A stretch of DNA of 64,000 nucleotides from an uncultured Lachnospiraceae bacterium (GTDB taxonomy: Bacteria; Bacillota; Clostridia; Lachnospirales; Lachnospiraceae): positions 54,786-118,785 of the forward strand of contig CADBZI010000001.1 in assembly GCA_902799015.1 (NCBI GenBank), in the 5' to 3' direction. Shown here piece by piece: positions 1-9,253 of the stretch; position 1 is the first letter of the stretch, and each line of letters begins with the position of its first letter. The notes beneath the pieces were generated by a model. It was not told where the DNA came from, ran no database searches, and saw nothing but the letters and a program-made list of their open reading frames with translations. The position numbers and the translations under genes are program-made.

Positions 1-192
1 GTCCTCTGCCTTATCTTCGTTCTTGAGAAACACCTGCTGGGACTTCGACATGTCCGTCCTTGTGAAGATATCATCCTCTTTTTCCCTGATTGAGATCTGT
101 ACCACGCCCAGCACCTGCAGATATTCCAGAACGGCCTTGCGGTCACGCTTCATGGCAGCAACCGAAATTCGTTTCATCGGAACTACAGACAT
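1..192 (-). CDS. ntpI: V/A-type ATPase subunit I, N-terminal part (runs off window)
   Basis: Minus strand reads MSVVPMKRISVAAMKRDRKAVLEYLQVLGVVQI, a typical subunit I start; AGGAG RBS; follows a G/H-like subunit gene. Confidence 0.7.
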   Translation of the reverse strand, partial: MSVVPMKRISVAAMKRDRKAVLEYLQVLGVVQISIREKEDDIFTRTDMSKSQQVFLKNEDKAED

Positions 193-214
193 AGGCTGCT
201 TTCTCTCCTTTCTG

Positions 215-532
215 TCAATCCTCTCCGGAGGCAATTGCAAGGATCGCTTTCACGGCTTCGGCGCTTTTCGGCGCAGCTGCCTTTTTCAGTTCTTCCACCG
301 CCTTTTTTGTCTCCTCAGATTTCTGATTCACAAGTTCCTTCTGTTTTGCCTCGGCCGCTTCGATCAGCGCCTGCGCATCACTCTGCGCCTTTTTGACCGC
401 CTCCCGAATCAGCGCCTCGGCGTCCTCCCGCGTCCTTGACGCGAGCTCTCTGGCCTGCGCAGCGGCCTCTTTCTCTGCTTCCATTGTCTCCTGCTCGGCC
501 GCGCGGATCGCGTCAATGGTACTTTTGGCCAT
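215..532 (-). CDS. V/A-type ATPase peripheral stalk subunit G/H
   Basis: 105-aa Ala/Glu/Lys-rich helical protein (MAKSTIDAIRAAEQE...), GGAGG RBS, directly upstream of subunit I. Confidence 0.7.
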   Translation of the reverse strand: MAKSTIDAIRAAEQETMEAEKEAAAQARELASRTREDAEALIREAVKKAQSDAQALIEAAEAKQKELVNQKSEETKKAVEELKKAAAPKSAEAVKAILAIASGED

Positions 533-569
533 TATTACACCTCCCTTAAAACACCGAATAACCAGGCAA

Positions 570-598
570 ATTCTAGCACATGCGTTTTTTCGAGTCAA
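570..598 (-). promoter_or_regulatory. sigmaA-like promoter of V-ATPase operon
   Basis: TTGACT-17 bp-TAGAAT with extended TG on the minus strand. Confidence 0.6.
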
Positions 599-624
599 TG
601 AAAGATACCGTGTCCCCCGGCGCC

Positions 625-649
625 AAAAGAAGCTGCCGGAAGCAGCTTC
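625..649 (-). terminator. Rho-independent terminator closing the zorAB-like operon
   Basis: GAAGCTGC-ttccg-GCAGCTTC hairpin followed by TTTT on the minus strand. Confidence 0.65.
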
Positions 650-863
650 AGTTTCTGTAGATCGTCTTATGATCCAGTGCGTTCAGGATACGGATTGCCG
701 CCCGCAAAAGTGTTCTCAGGTGACGATACTGCCTGATACGCTTGTCCATGGTTTTTTTCACACTGCCAGCTTTTTTTGCAGGTTCTTTTCGCTTCCCCAC
801 TTTCAAAGCCGGCGCCGAAGCCGCGTCAGCGGCTTGCTTTTCCCCACTGCGATTCTTCTTCAT
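648..863 (-). CDS. Small basic hypothetical protein (71 aa), third gene of zorAB-like operon
   Basis: GGAG upstream; Lys/Arg-rich; lies between the zorB-like stop and a terminator. Confidence 0.45.
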   Translation of the reverse strand: MKKNRSGEKQAADAASAPALKVGKRKEPAKKAGSVKKTMDKRIRQYRHLRTLLRAAIRILNALDHKTIYRN

Positions 864-976
864 ACCATTGCACTTTCTCCGGTCTTCCCGTGTGTGGCCA
901 GCTGTCTTATCAAGGACGCCTCCGGCGTACTTGCGCCCGACCGTGCGGCCGCTTCAGCGGCTTGCTAAGGTTGTCT

Positions 977-2053
977 TCAGCCGGCAGTCCCGGCTCCTGC
1001 CAGGATCTGAGACAGCTCCTGAATCATCTCGTCATCCTTCAGACGGAACTTGACCTCAACACGTCTGGACGCGTCGCTGTTTTCATTTCCATTCTCATCT
1101 AATATCAGATTCGACTCGGATCTTCCGTTCGCGGTCAGCTTCTCCTGCAGTGACGTCTGCGTCGTCTCATCCAGGAAGCTTCCGCTGATCGTCAGCAGGT
1201 ATGCCGCCACGGCAAGTGCCCTGTTCTGGGAAAGCTGCAGATTTGAAAAGTAATCTCCCGTGGAATCCGTATATCCGTCGATAATGACCTCCGCCACATA
1301 ATCGGCATATTCGTCACTCAGAAGCACTTCGCAGTAAACCGGCAGGACCTGATAGAGGATCCGCTGTCCTTCCTCTGTCAGCTCCGATTCCCTGAGCGCG
1401 AACAGAACGTTGGAATCCAGCACAATCGCGCCGGTCTGCGCGTCAATGTTCACGTTGATCTGATTCGCGGAAAATTCCTGATTCAGAGATTCAATCAGCG
1501 CAGCCTTGACGCCGATGATCTGGTCAATCTTCTCCTGCTGTTCATTCATCAGGCGGGTCTGTTCATCCAGCTTCTGCTGGCTGGCGACGAGCGCAGCATC
1601 ACGCACTTCCAGCTCCGATTCCTGCTGCGCAAGCAGACTCTGCTGATCCGCAACCAATGCCTGCTGATCCTCCAGCTGCTTCTGCTGGTCTGCCAGCGTC
1701 TTCTGCGCGTCGCTGAGTGTATGCTGAGACGCATCCAGCTCAGACTCCTTGGTGGAGAGCGTCAAAGCCTGGGCTTCCAGCGCTTTCTGCAGGTCTGTCA
1801 GGGTAAGAGACTGCGCCTCCACCTCTGACTCCCTCTGAGAAAGTGCCTCCTGCGTTCTGTCCAGCTCATCCTGCGTCTGCAGTCTGGACGCCTGCTCCGC
1901 CAGTTTTTCATTGTAATTCTTCTGCGCCTGCATCAGGCAGACTGCCATGATCAGGACAAACAGCAGCAGCAGGCCGCTCATCATATCCGAATAGGACCGC
2001 CATATATTATGGCTGCCCTCATCGTTCATTCTTCTGCGGTTAACAATCTTCAC
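977..2053 (-). CDS. MotB/ZorB-like protein: TM with conserved Asp, long coiled coil, OmpA-like peptidoglycan-binding domain
   Basis: W-x-S-Y-S-D-M-M TM motif; C-terminal GYTD...NLQLSQNRA...RRVE OmpA signature. Confidence 0.85.
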   Translation of the reverse strand: MKIVNRRRMNDEGSHNIWRSYSDMMSGLLLLFVLIMAVCLMQAQKNYNEKLAEQASRLQTQDELDRTQEALSQRESEVEAQSLTLTDLQKALEAQALTLSTKESELDASQHTLSDAQKTLADQQKQLEDQQALVADQQSLLAQQESELEVRDAALVASQQKLDEQTRLMNEQQEKIDQIIGVKAALIESLNQEFSANQINVNIDAQTGAIVLDSNVLFALRESELTEEGQRILYQVLPVYCEVLLSDEYADYVAEVIIDGYTDSTGDYFSNLQLSQNRALAVAAYLLTISGSFLDETTQTSLQEKLTANGRSESNLILDENGNENSDASRRVEVKFRLKDDEMIQELSQILAGAGTAG

Positions 2054-2105
2054 TGGTTTCCTGCTCCCTTCCTTCCGTCAGCCGACTCCTGCCTTGCGCG
2101 ATGCC

Positions 2106-3899
2106 TCAGTCCCGGGAGAAGAATCCCTTTCTGCGTTTCGGCTCAGGCTTGGAGGCAGCCCTCTCTGCTTCCATTCTGGCAGAGCGTTTCTCCTGCGCCT
2201 CCAGAAGCTCGATCATCCGGTCAAGCTGCTGCTGGGTCACAAGCTGATCTGCCGCGGAGGAATTCTGGGAAAGCTTATCCGCCCGGGCCTGCAGGTTCTG
2301 CGCGTTCTGGCTGTTGATCTCCGTCAGCTTGGTCATCCTTGCAAGTACCTGCGTCATGTATTCGGTAAACTCTCTGAGATTGGACTGCTGCAGCTTCATC
2401 TGCCCGGACAGCTCGTCCTGGGCTTCTCTGATCTGATTCATATATTCAGCCGATGCAGCAAGATATTCTCTCTGCGCGGATCTTGAGGCGTCCAGCGCTT
2501 CCGCGGTTGTCTGGTTCATCTTTGAGATCTGGTCCGTCATGCGGATATTGGCGTCATTCATGACCGCAAGGCCTTCGGAGAGATCCGAATTGTTCGCCTG
2601 TACACTCGCCAGGCTCTTGGTGTAGCGTTCGCTCAGCTGCGCCAGTTCCATCATCTTGTCCGCAACATCATCATTCATATCAATCAGATGTTCCATCTGC
2701 TGCGTCATCTTCACATTCAGATCACTCGTTTCCACAATGCCGTCCATCGCCCTGCGCATATCGGAGACAAAGGTGGAAAGGTTCTGTTCCTGCTCGTTCA
2801 TCGCGTTCATGGCATTGAGCACAACATCGGAAGAAGCGTTCATAGCCTCAGCCATGCGGCGTTCCCCATCCATGACATCCTGCTGAAATTGTTTCTCCGC
2901 GTTCTCCATAAACTCCAGATGCGCTTTCTGTGCCTGATTGGCCTCTCCCATAACCCTGCGCATCTCAATGAATTCAGAGAAGAATTCCTGCTTCATGGTA
3001 CGCGCGACGCGCTCTCCGATATTCTCCAGCAGCTTTTCCTGGTTCATCGTAACCGCGTCCGTAAACTCGTCCATAGTCTGATCCAGATGCGCAACCATCG
3101 GCGCAATGGAGGTGGAGAGGCTCTGTGCGACCTCCTTCGCCAGATCCTTCTGCATCTGCTGCATCAGCTTCGTCTGAGAGTTCTGATTCGCAATGATATG
3201 ATTCATCGCGGTGGCGTCTGTCGGAGGCACCACGCAGGTATAATATGCATCCAGGAATCGATCCAGTGATTCCGAAACAGAGGTCAGTGTGCCGCGAAGC
3301 CAATAGGAAAATGCAAGCGACAGCGACAGACCGTAGATGGAGGTGACAAACGCAACCTTGATTCCGTCGATCAGGGATTCGACAGAGCTGGACATTGCCT
3401 CATAACTGGCCGGATTAAAACCGCGCAGACCAAGGACAAGGCCAAGGAAAGTTCCTAAAATGCCAAGGCTTGTCAGAATATCCGGAACCATCTCGACCAG
3501 ACGGCGGTGCGTGTAATTGTTGATCTCGTACTCACCGATGTAATCCCCGATGTCCGTCGGGCTGTTGGTCTTATGCAGGAAGGTCAGATACTCCTGATAC
3601 TTTCCATCCAGATAAGGCACATCAAAAAGAGCTGTCCCCTGGCTTGTGATCTGGGACATATTGCCGCCGCTTGCCGCGATCTGTTTCATCTTCTTTGTCG
3701 CCCGGTCCAGGCCCGCACGGGTCTGCCACAGACGGGAAAAGCTGATCCCGAAAGCAGCCGCGATGATGATCACCATCACAACCAGAAAGCTCAGGTTATA
3801 GACAATGTTTGCAAAACTTGAATCCAGCGTAAGCCATGTGATCAGGCCGCATACTCCGGCCGCAAGCAGGCCGATAATAACGTTGGAGACTTTTCTCAT
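2106..3899 (-). CDS. MotA/TolQ/ExbB-family channel protein with very long helical tail (ZorA-like)
   Basis: PDILTSLGILGTFLGL and GIKVAFVTSIYGL channel motifs, followed by ~390 aa of helical, Met/Gln-rich tail. Confidence 0.8.
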   Translation of the reverse strand: MRKVSNVIIGLLAAGVCGLITWLTLDSSFANIVYNLSFLVVMVIIIAAAFGISFSRLWQTRAGLDRATKKMKQIAASGGNMSQITSQGTALFDVPYLDGKYQEYLTFLHKTNSPTDIGDYIGEYEINNYTHRRLVEMVPDILTSLGILGTFLGLVLGLRGFNPASYEAMSSSVESLIDGIKVAFVTSIYGLSLSLAFSYWLRGTLTSVSESLDRFLDAYYTCVVPPTDATAMNHIIANQNSQTKLMQQMQKDLAKEVAQSLSTSIAPMVAHLDQTMDEFTDAVTMNQEKLLENIGERVARTMKQEFFSEFIEMRRVMGEANQAQKAHLEFMENAEKQFQQDVMDGERRMAEAMNASSDVVLNAMNAMNEQEQNLSTFVSDMRRAMDGIVETSDLNVKMTQQMEHLIDMNDDVADKMMELAQLSERYTKSLASVQANNSDLSEGLAVMNDANIRMTDQISKMNQTTAEALDASRSAQREYLAASAEYMNQIREAQDELSGQMKLQQSNLREFTEYMTQVLARMTKLTEINSQNAQNLQARADKLSQNSSAADQLVTQQQLDRMIELLEAQEKRSARMEAERAASKPEPKRRKGFFSRD

Positions 3900-3964
3900 G
3901 ATGAATACCCCTTTCAGCATTCCGGACAGCCGCTCAGGCTGGCCCCACTACGAAAGCCAAAATC

Positions 3965-3994
3965 AGTATAATCCGCGCCGGCCATCTGTTGCAA
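3965..3994 (-). promoter_or_regulatory. Putative sigmaA promoter of zorAB-like operon
   Basis: TTGCAA-18 bp-TATACT on the minus strand. Confidence 0.45.
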
Positions 3995-4099
3995 GCGAAT
4001 TCACCGGAATCGATCTGAAGTCTTAAGAAAAATGTTACAAGTCACAGAAAACACCAGGCGCACCTGCCGGGCGAATGCATCATGCGGCCGCCGGAAGTG

Positions 4100-4128
4100 A
4101 AAACGAAGCAGGGACATCCCTGCTTCGT
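4100..4128 (-). terminator. Terminator after NlpC/P60 gene
   Basis: ACGAAGCAGGGA/TCCCTGCTTCGT inverted repeat with short T-run. Confidence 0.6.
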
Positions 4129-4152
4129 AATTCTTTCCGGTCTTTCTGTGCA

Positions 4153-5574
4153 TCAGGCCCAGTAACGCATGTTCCTGTTCTTGATGCGGCCGTTAACATA
4201 ATCAATGTTGGAAATAATGATTCCCAGTCTGCTGTTCGCTGCGTGAACGACCTTATTGTTTCCGATGTACATCGCGACATGGGACGCATAATTGGCGCTT
4301 CCGTAGAAGACCAGGTCTCCGGGCGCAAGATCCTTGTCTTTGATCACGACGCCCTTCTTATAGCCGAGTTTGACGTAAGCGGCAGACGGTCCCTTCATCT
4401 GGTCATCCGCGACTCTCATCAGCTGGATGCCGAATCTTCCGAAGATCGCATAGCAGAAACCGGAACAGTCAGCGCCCTTTTCCGGGCTTGTGCCGCCCCA
4501 CACATACTTATTGCCGACAAACTTCTGCGCATACTGTGCGATCGAAACACCTGACGCATCGGAAATTCCCGTGACACGGCCGTCGGACGCGACCATATAG
4601 TACTTTCCGTCGACAGTTGCGATGGTATCCTTCTGCAGAACGCCCTCTTCATCGAAGCAATACTGAATGCCGTTGATGGTCTGAAGGCCGGTCAGCGCGA
4701 TCCCGTCTTCACCCGCGTAATAAGTATTCTCTCCTGACGTCACCCACTGATTCTTCACCAGCTTTCCCGTGCTGTCATAGAGATAGATCTTTCCGTTAAT
4801 CTTGTTGACGCCGGCCTTCGGCGCGGAGGACGCCTTTGAGCGCTCGCCGTTCTCGTTGACATACCATCCGCCAATGTACTGGTTTGTTGCCATGCGGCCA
4901 TTGCTCTGGAAATAATAGTACTTTTTCTTGATCTTAACCCACTGTCCCTTCGCAGCTCTGCCGCTCTTTGTAAAGAAGTAGGTATATCCGCCGACGATTC
5001 TCCTGGTGCCGGTAACCATCTTACCGTTGTTCAGACGGAAAAAGAAATAATCATTCCCGACCTTCGTCAGGCCCTTCGCCAGCTTTCCGCCTTCGTATGC
5101 GTAATACCGGTTCTTTTTATACCGGAACATCCTTCCGCTGAACAGAATGCCCTTTTTATTCGTGATGAAGAGATTCCCGGATGCATCCTTCAGCTTTCCC
5201 TTCTGCATCTCTCCGGTGATCGAATTGAAGTAATACCACACAGGCCCGACCTTTGCCGGCCCCTTCGCTTTCTCGCCGTCGGCTTTCAGGTAGCACTTGT
5301 TGATCCATTGATTCCGAAGCAGCGTTCCGTTTGCGGATGCATAGTATTCTTTCCCGCCTGATGCCTGAATCCAGCCATTCTTCTGCAGAATACCGGCGGA
5401 ATTGAAATAGTAGTACTCTCCGTTAATCTTCTGAAGGCCCTTCAGATAGGTTCCGTTTTTCGCCTGATACATCGTGCCGCTGCCAGTCTGAACAAAGTCA
5501 GCATGGACAGCTCCTGCGCACACAAGCATCAGCATGAGCGCAAACAGTAACATTCCGGCAAAACGTTTTTTCAT
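4153..5574 (-). CDS. Secreted cell-wall/choline-binding repeat protein with C-terminal NlpC/P60 peptidase
   Basis: Signal peptide, repeated YYF..G units, YVWGG...DCSGF...HVAMY NlpC/P60 motifs. Confidence 0.9.
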   Translation of the reverse strand: MKKRFAGMLLFALMLMLVCAGAVHADFVQTGSGTMYQAKNGTYLKGLQKINGEYYYFNSAGILQKNGWIQASGGKEYYASANGTLLRNQWINKCYLKADGEKAKGPAKVGPVWYYFNSITGEMQKGKLKDASGNLFITNKKGILFSGRMFRYKKNRYYAYEGGKLAKGLTKVGNDYFFFRLNNGKMVTGTRRIVGGYTYFFTKSGRAAKGQWVKIKKKYYYFQSNGRMATNQYIGGWYVNENGERSKASSAPKAGVNKINGKIYLYDSTGKLVKNQWVTSGENTYYAGEDGIALTGLQTINGIQYCFDEEGVLQKDTIATVDGKYYMVASDGRVTGISDASGVSIAQYAQKFVGNKYVWGGTSPEKGADCSGFCYAIFGRFGIQLMRVADDQMKGPSAAYVKLGYKKGVVIKDKDLAPGDLVFYGSANYASHVAMYIGNNKVVHAANSRLGIIISNIDYVNGRIKNRNMRYWA

Positions 5575-5633
5575 TTGACTCCTCCAAAAAGTTATCAAAT
5601 CGCCCGATTTTGTTTCGAAGTTTGGGCGTCGAA

Positions 5634-5688
5634 ATTACAAAACTATTACATTTGTTTTAATTCTACTCACTTGCCCTCTCGCTGTCAA
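5634..5688 (-). promoter_or_regulatory. sigmaA promoter plus WalR-type direct repeat
   Basis: TTGACA-17-TAGAAT (5688-5660); TGTAAT-N5-TGTAAT at 5650-5634. Confidence 0.6.
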
Positions 5689-5792
5689 GAGGTCCTTTCT
5701 TGACGTGCACGGAGCGCGGATTCTATACTATACGCGAAGCTGTGAAGCGATTTGCCCGTCATTACAGAAGATAACAGGAAAGGAACTGTGCC

Positions 5793-6584
5793 ATGAAAAT
5801 CGGTTTTATCGGCTGTGGAAGCATGGGGAGCGGCATGATCCGCGGCATTCTTGCCTCGAAGCAGGCTGCGCGGGAAGATCTCGCCGCGTCTGCCCGGACA
5901 GAATCATCAAAAAAACGCATCCGCGAGGAGCTCGGGATCCGCTGTGCCACCAACGAAGAAATTGCCTCCGCTTCAGATCTGATTGTTCTGGCCATAAAGC
6001 CGCAGGGATATGAAGAGGTGATCTCCCGGATCCGCCCCCTGGTAAAGGATTCTGTGATTCTGGTCTCGCTCGCGCCGGGAAAGAGTCTGTCCTGGCTGAA
6101 GGAGCAATTTCAAAAAGAACTGAAGATCGTGCGTGCCATGCCAAACACACCCGCTCTTGTTCAGGAAGGAATGAGTGCGGTAGCAGCGAATGAGCTGGTG
6201 TCGGAGGAAGAGCTTGATCTGGTTCTTTCCCTGTTCAGGAGCTTCGGGGACGCATGCAGCGTACCCGAAAAGCTGCTGGATGCCGTCACCGCGGTCTCCG
6301 GCAGCTCACCGGCATACGTTTTTCTTTTTATTGAAGCGATGGCAGACGGCGCCGTCGCGCTCGGAATGCCGCGCAGGGAAGCCATCCGTTTTGCCGCGCA
6401 GGCTGTACTCGGAGCAGCAAAGATGGTTCTGGAAACCGGTCTGCATCCGGCGCAGCTGAAGGATATGGTCTGCTCTCCCGGCGGGACGACCATCGAAGCA
6501 GTCCGCGTCCTGGAGCAAAATGGACTCCGCAGCAGCGTAATCGAGGCAGAGCTTGCCTGCGCGCACAAGGCGCAGGGCATGTAA
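5793..6584 (+). CDS. proC: Pyrroline-5-carboxylate reductase
   Basis: IGFIGCGSMG, RAMPNTP, GSSPAY, VCSPGGTTI motifs. Confidence 0.95.
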   Translation: MKIGFIGCGSMGSGMIRGILASKQAAREDLAASARTESSKKRIREELGIRCATNEEIASASDLIVLAIKPQGYEEVISRIRPLVKDSVILVSLAPGKSLSWLKEQFQKELKIVRAMPNTPALVQEGMSAVAANELVSEEELDLVLSLFRSFGDACSVPEKLLDAVTAVSGSSPAYVFLFIEAMADGAVALGMPRREAIRFAAQAVLGAAKMVLETGLHPAQLKDMVCSPGGTTIEAVRVLEQNGLRSSVIEAELACAHKAQGM

Positions 6585-6651
6585 ATTATGTAGTCTCATC
6601 CGGTCGCTTCAGAAACAGTTTGCCGCGCGCAGGGCGCAGCATATGTGAAAA

Positions 6652-6699
6652 AACAGACTGCCCGGTGTAACCTCGCACACCAGGCAGTCTGTTCTTTTT
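6652..6699. terminator. Likely bidirectional terminator between proC and S1 gene
   Basis: AACAGACTGCC...GGCAGTCTGTT stem flanked by A- and T-runs. Confidence 0.6.
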
Positions 6700-6832
6700 C
6701 AATCTGTTCTTTTCTCCCGACTCTATTTTCTGCTCGCTTCCTCAGGAACAACGAGCTGCAGCGCGCATCCATACAGCCGTCTCTTTCACGCTTTTGGCTG
6801 CGTCTTTGAGCCGGGTATCTCTTTCCGAAGGA

Positions 6833-7993
6833 TTACAGCTTAAGGCCCTTCAGAAGATCGCCGAGACCGGTTCCGATCGCTTCGCTCTTAGGAAGCTTGA
6901 AGCTGATCTTCTCTTCCTTCTCTCTGGGCTGCTCAGCCGGCGCATTCTCATCCAGCGCCTTCATGCTCAGGCTGATCCGGTTGCCATCCACTTTCGTAAC
7001 CTTGACCTTAACCGTCTCGCCCTCTTTCAGAACCTCTGCAGGTGTTTTAATCCTCTTCTGGCTGATCTGCGACACATGAAGCAGTCCCGTAACGCCCTTG
7101 CCGAGATTGACAAATGCGCCATAGTCCTTGATCGTCTCAACGGTTCCTTCCGTCACCAGACCGACCTTCACCGAAGCCGCAGCCTCTTTGCGCTCAGCTG
7201 CTTCCTTCTCCCTGAGGATCTCCTTGCAGGAAAGCACCAGCTTTCTGCCATCCTTCTCCGCAGTGATGACACGCGCTTCAACGCTCTTGCCCACCCAGTT
7301 GTTCAGATCTTCCTCTGACACAAAACCAAGGCTCAGCTTGGAAGCGGGAATGAATCCGCGCACGCCTTCCAGTGCAGTTGTGACACCGGCCTTCGTTACG
7401 CCGTTGATCTTCACGGTAACGGAATCCTTCGACGCAAGCAGGCTGAGCAGTCTGTCCCATGCCTTCTGCGCGGAAGCCGCTTTCATCGACAGCACCACAT
7501 TCCCGTGGCCGTCATCCGGGCGTACGACAGAAGCCTCTACCTCGTCGCCGGGCTTGATGTTCTCCTGCAGGTTATACGCAGGATCATCGTTGACATCCTG
7601 TTTGCGGATAATGCCGGTCGTCGATCCGAGCTCAACCATAATCTTATCCATATCAACGCTCACGACGACACACTTGACCTTCTCGCCGCGCTCATATCTG
7701 CGCAAAGAAGCATCAATCTCCGCTTCAAAGTCTGCCATGGACTCTGTGGCCTCTTCCTTCACCGGCTCCGCCGCCTGTGCTGGCGCTGCCTGATCAGCCT
7801 GTGCTGTCGCGGCCGCCTCTGCTGCCTCAGATGCAGCTGCTTCCTGCGCAGCCTGTGCCGCTTCTTCTACTGCTTCCTGTGCGGCTTCTGCCGTCTTTGC
7901 TGCTTCCTCGGCAGTCTCTGCAGCCTCAGACACAACTGCTTCCGCTTCCTGCAGATTCGCTTCGGTTCCCGGTGCTTTCATTTCGTCTCCCAT
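6833..7993 (-). CDS. rpsA: Ribosomal protein S1-like protein (three S1 domains) with acidic Ala/Glu-rich N-terminal extension
   Basis: RGFIPASKLS, YGAFVNLG...GLLHVSQIS, RISLSMKAL S1 motifs. Confidence 0.8.
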   Translation of the reverse strand: MGDEMKAPGTEANLQEAEAVVSEAAETAEEAAKTAEAAQEAVEEAAQAAQEAAASEAAEAAATAQADQAAPAQAAEPVKEEATESMADFEAEIDASLRRYERGEKVKCVVVSVDMDKIMVELGSTTGIIRKQDVNDDPAYNLQENIKPGDEVEASVVRPDDGHGNVVLSMKAASAQKAWDRLLSLLASKDSVTVKINGVTKAGVTTALEGVRGFIPASKLSLGFVSEEDLNNWVGKSVEARVITAEKDGRKLVLSCKEILREKEAAERKEAAASVKVGLVTEGTVETIKDYGAFVNLGKGVTGLLHVSQISQKRIKTPAEVLKEGETVKVKVTKVDGNRISLSMKALDENAPAEQPREKEEKISFKLPKSEAIGTGLGDLLKGLKL

Positions 7994-8192
7994 AACAGAC
8001 AGTCCTCCTAAAAAAGATCAATATAAGCGATTATATCACAATCTGCGGAAAATGCACCACTAAGTTGTTCCGGAGATGTTTCTTCACATAAGAAACTACG
8101 CATGTTATAATGATTTCCGGATCAAACGTATCTTTACCCGAAAGAAAAAGAGCGCTCAGGCGCACGCGGAGCATCCGCTCAGATGGAGGTAT

Positions 8193-9239
8193 ATGGAGAC
8201 AATATGGGCTGACATGAGGGCCGGCGTTGACCCCGCTCTCATGAAGGAAGCAGGCAGAATCATCTTAGACGGCGGACTTGTCGCATTTCCCACGGAGACC
8301 GTTTACGGACTGGGTGCGAATGCGCTGGATCCCGAAGCAGCCCGCCGCATCTACGCAGCCAAGGGCCGTCCGAGTGACAACCCGCTGATCGTCCATATCG
8401 CCCGCCCGGACAGTCTGGACCGGATCGTCTGCTCTGTTCCGGAGCGCGCCCGTATTCTGGCCCATGCATTCTGGCCGGGACCGCTCACGATGATCATGAA
8501 AAAGAGTCCGGCAGTCCCGTCCTCCGTCACGGGAGGACTTGACACCGTTGCGGTCCGTATGCCGGATCATGAGATCGCCCTGAAGCTGATCGAAGAAGGC
8601 GGCGGATTCATCGCTGCTCCAAGCGCCAATACCTCCGGGAGACCGAGTCCTACAACGGCGCAGCATGTCAGGGATGATCTGGATGGAAAGATCGACATGA
8701 TCATCGACGGCGGCAGTGTCGGCATCGGGGTTGAATCGACTATCATCGATCTTACAGAGGATGTGCCGATGATCCTGCGGCCGGGCTATATCAATCTGGA
8801 GATGCTTCAGAGCGTCATCGGCGATGTAGCGGTGGATCCGGGACTTCACAGCGAAGATCCCTCCTTCCGCCCGAAAGCCCCCGGCATGAAGTACCGGCAC
8901 TACGCTCCGAAGGCGGAGCTGACGATTGTGGAAGGCAGCGAGGCGGATGTGCGCGCGGCGATCGAGCGCCTTGTCTCTGAAGCGCAGTCCCGGGGACTGA
9001 AGTGCGGCATCATCGCCGCAGAGGAAGACGCAGGCGCCTACCGCTGCGGTATTGTGCGGTCGGCCGGCAGCAGAAAAAAAGAGATTACCATCTCACAGCA
9101 TCTGTTCGGAATCCTTCGGGAATTTGATGATCTCGGAGTAGATGTCATCTACTCGGAATCATTTGACACCCCCCGGATCGGCGCTGCGATCATGAATCGC
9201 CTGATGAAAGCCGCCGGGCACCATGTTCTATCAGTATAG
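8193..9239 (+). CDS. sua5: L-threonylcarbamoyladenylate synthase (Sua5 type)
   Basis: FPTETVYGLG, KGRPSDNPLIVH, APSANTSG, APGMKYRHYAP; GGAGG RBS. Confidence 0.95.
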   Translation: METIWADMRAGVDPALMKEAGRIILDGGLVAFPTETVYGLGANALDPEAARRIYAAKGRPSDNPLIVHIARPDSLDRIVCSVPERARILAHAFWPGPLTMIMKKSPAVPSSVTGGLDTVAVRMPDHEIALKLIEEGGGFIAAPSANTSGRPSPTTAQHVRDDLDGKIDMIIDGGSVGIGVESTIIDLTEDVPMILRPGYINLEMLQSVIGDVAVDPGLHSEDPSFRPKAPGMKYRHYAPKAELTIVEGSEADVRAAIERLVSEAQSRGLKCGIIAAEEDAGAYRCGIVRSAGSRKKEITISQHLFGILREFDDLGVDVIYSESFDTPRIGAAIMNRLMKAAGHHVLSV

Positions 9240-9253
9240 GAATCCCGTAAGTT

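Noticed and set aside
977-3899. Flagellar stator motAB
   Set aside because: The A subunit is ~600 aa with a long tail and no flagellar or chemotaxis genes are adjacent.
1-3899. Co-transcription of the zorAB-like genes with the V-ATPase operon
   Set aside because: A terminator (625-649) and a separate promoter (570-598) lie between them; any energetic link is unsupported.
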